Shown here one piece after another: positions 62,600 through 64,000 of a stretch of DNA of 64,000 nucleotides. Every line of letters starts with the position of its first letter. The first letter of the stretch is position 1. This DNA is from Bispira polyomma. Taxonomy: Eukaryota. The notes under the pieces are model-generated. The model was not told the DNA's origin and did no database searches. It saw only the letters and a list, made by a program, of their open reading frames with translations. The position numbers and the translations under genes are program-made. Location of the stretch: positions 33,852,001 through 33,916,000 of the forward strand of contig OZ287754.1 of assembly GCA_965649765.1 (NCBI GenBank), given 5' to 3'.

Positions 62600-64000
62600 T
62601 TACTAGAAATTACCTCCAATGTGGCTCACTTGAACAATGGGCAGTGGCAACACACAAGGCTGTGAGTGATTGGGGTTGCCCCAATTATATGGGTGTGCGT
62701 ATACCAGTACCATCTGAGTTAAATATTGGCGCTTGGCGGGAAGCATTTAAAGGGGATGGGGACACAAAACTCTGTGAATATCTCGAGTTCGGAATTTCCC
62801 TTGACATAAGAGCTGAGAGTTTTAATTTTAACAGTGAAGTTAAAAACCATGACATTGCTTTAGAATTCCCTGAGAGCATGGATAAGTATTTTATCACTAA
62901 AACACCTTCACAAGGCCATAGCAGGCCCATTCAAAGAAAACCCTTATAAGCAATTGCATTGTTTCCCTGTCATGACGTAGCCTGAAGACGATAACACCCG
63001 ACGTCTGATTGTTGACCTCTCGTGGCCCTATGACAACACATTTGTCAATAGTGTGGTGACAGATGGGGTGTACGATGGGCAAAGCTTTGTTCTAACCCTT
63101 CTGACTATAAACATGATATTGGCCCTACAGCAAAAATATATAAGCTGGATCTCTCACATGCTTTTAGGAACCCACGGATCGATCCGGGTGACTATAAGTA
63201 CACAGGTTTGCATTGGGGTGACAGTACATATATAGATTTAGCCGTCATGATGGGTTATAAGCAAGGTACGGCTATATGTGAGCGGGTCACATCATATTAA
63301 GAAAGCAATTCAGGATCTATGATCTGGTTGCCGTAGAAACCAGTGAAAAGGCAAAAGAATCATTTGACCAATTGTGCGGTTTGATTGAGCACCTAGGCCT
63401 CCCTATAAATCCAAAGAAAGTATTTTCCTCTGCAGAACAAGTTGTGTGTATGGAAATTATGGTTAACACTAGGACGGGCATGCTCAAAACACCTGAAGAT
63501 AAATTAGAGCAAATTAAGCTTATGTGTGAACAATAGAAGGGAAAAATCCGGTGTACTAGAAAAAGTTTGCAGTCTATACTTGGAAAATTGTTGCGTGTCT
63601 CCCGCTCGTCTGTTTTTAAATAAAATGTTAAGAATATTGAGGGAAACATACCCCAGCAAGAACATCACACTCACTAGAGAATTCAAAGCGGACATAAATT
63701 GGTTTAATGAATTTTCGGGGTCACTTAATGGGGTTGTAGAGATGCACCTAAAAAGTGGACCAGTGCATGACCTATATGTAGACCCTTCTCTGGTGGGCAT
63801 TGGGGCTATGTGGAGTAAAAATGTTCATGCTGCATCCCTCCCTGTCCAAAAACCCATGTGTTTTAGAATAGTGCATTTTGAAATGTGAAACGTCCTAATG
63901 GTGTTGCATGTATGGGGACATTGTCTCAAAAATTGTACTGTGATAATGGCTGTGGTGTGATAATGGAGCGGTAGTAGCAGGACTAAATTCTAGTCGCTTT
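62600..64000 (+). mobile_element. Ngaro-like RT-RNaseH fragment, decayed, runs off the window
   Basis: NYMGVRIPVPSELNIGAW, RRLIVDLSWP, PARLFLNKML, ADINWF, IVHFEM; stops and frameshifts. Confidence 0.8.

Overview
AT-rich, repeat-saturated eukaryotic (invertebrate animal, probably lophotrochozoan) DNA; not prokaryotic. Most of the window is nested, mostly decayed transposable elements: four Ngaro-like and one DIRS1-like tyrosine-recombinase retrotransposons, a near-complete Gypsy LTR element (LTRs, ATAT TSD, tRNA-His PBS, PPT, extra ORF), L2 and L1/Tx1 LINEs, a tRNA-derived SINE family, PIF/Harbinger, Kolobok-like and MULE-like DNA elements, and a Polinton integrase relic. Two host genes are hidden among them. 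(1) An intact six-exon minus-strand gene (24184->17196) that the ORF track misses. It encodes a 244-aa secreted protein made of a signal peptide, a bacterial-type SH3b (SH3_3) domain and a LECT2-like M23 zinc-peptidase domain, the same domain pair as lysostaphin-type cell-wall hydrolases; a broken tandem duplicate lies at about 37.7-45.8 kb. (2) A two-exon innexin (48246-53847) with an in-frame stop and a frameshift. Four unrelated minisatellite arrays in these two genes are each built from a real exon-intron junction, and one array looks like a chain of 83-nt mini-introns (possible recursive splice sites). All calls come from manual reading and translation; no database searches were run.
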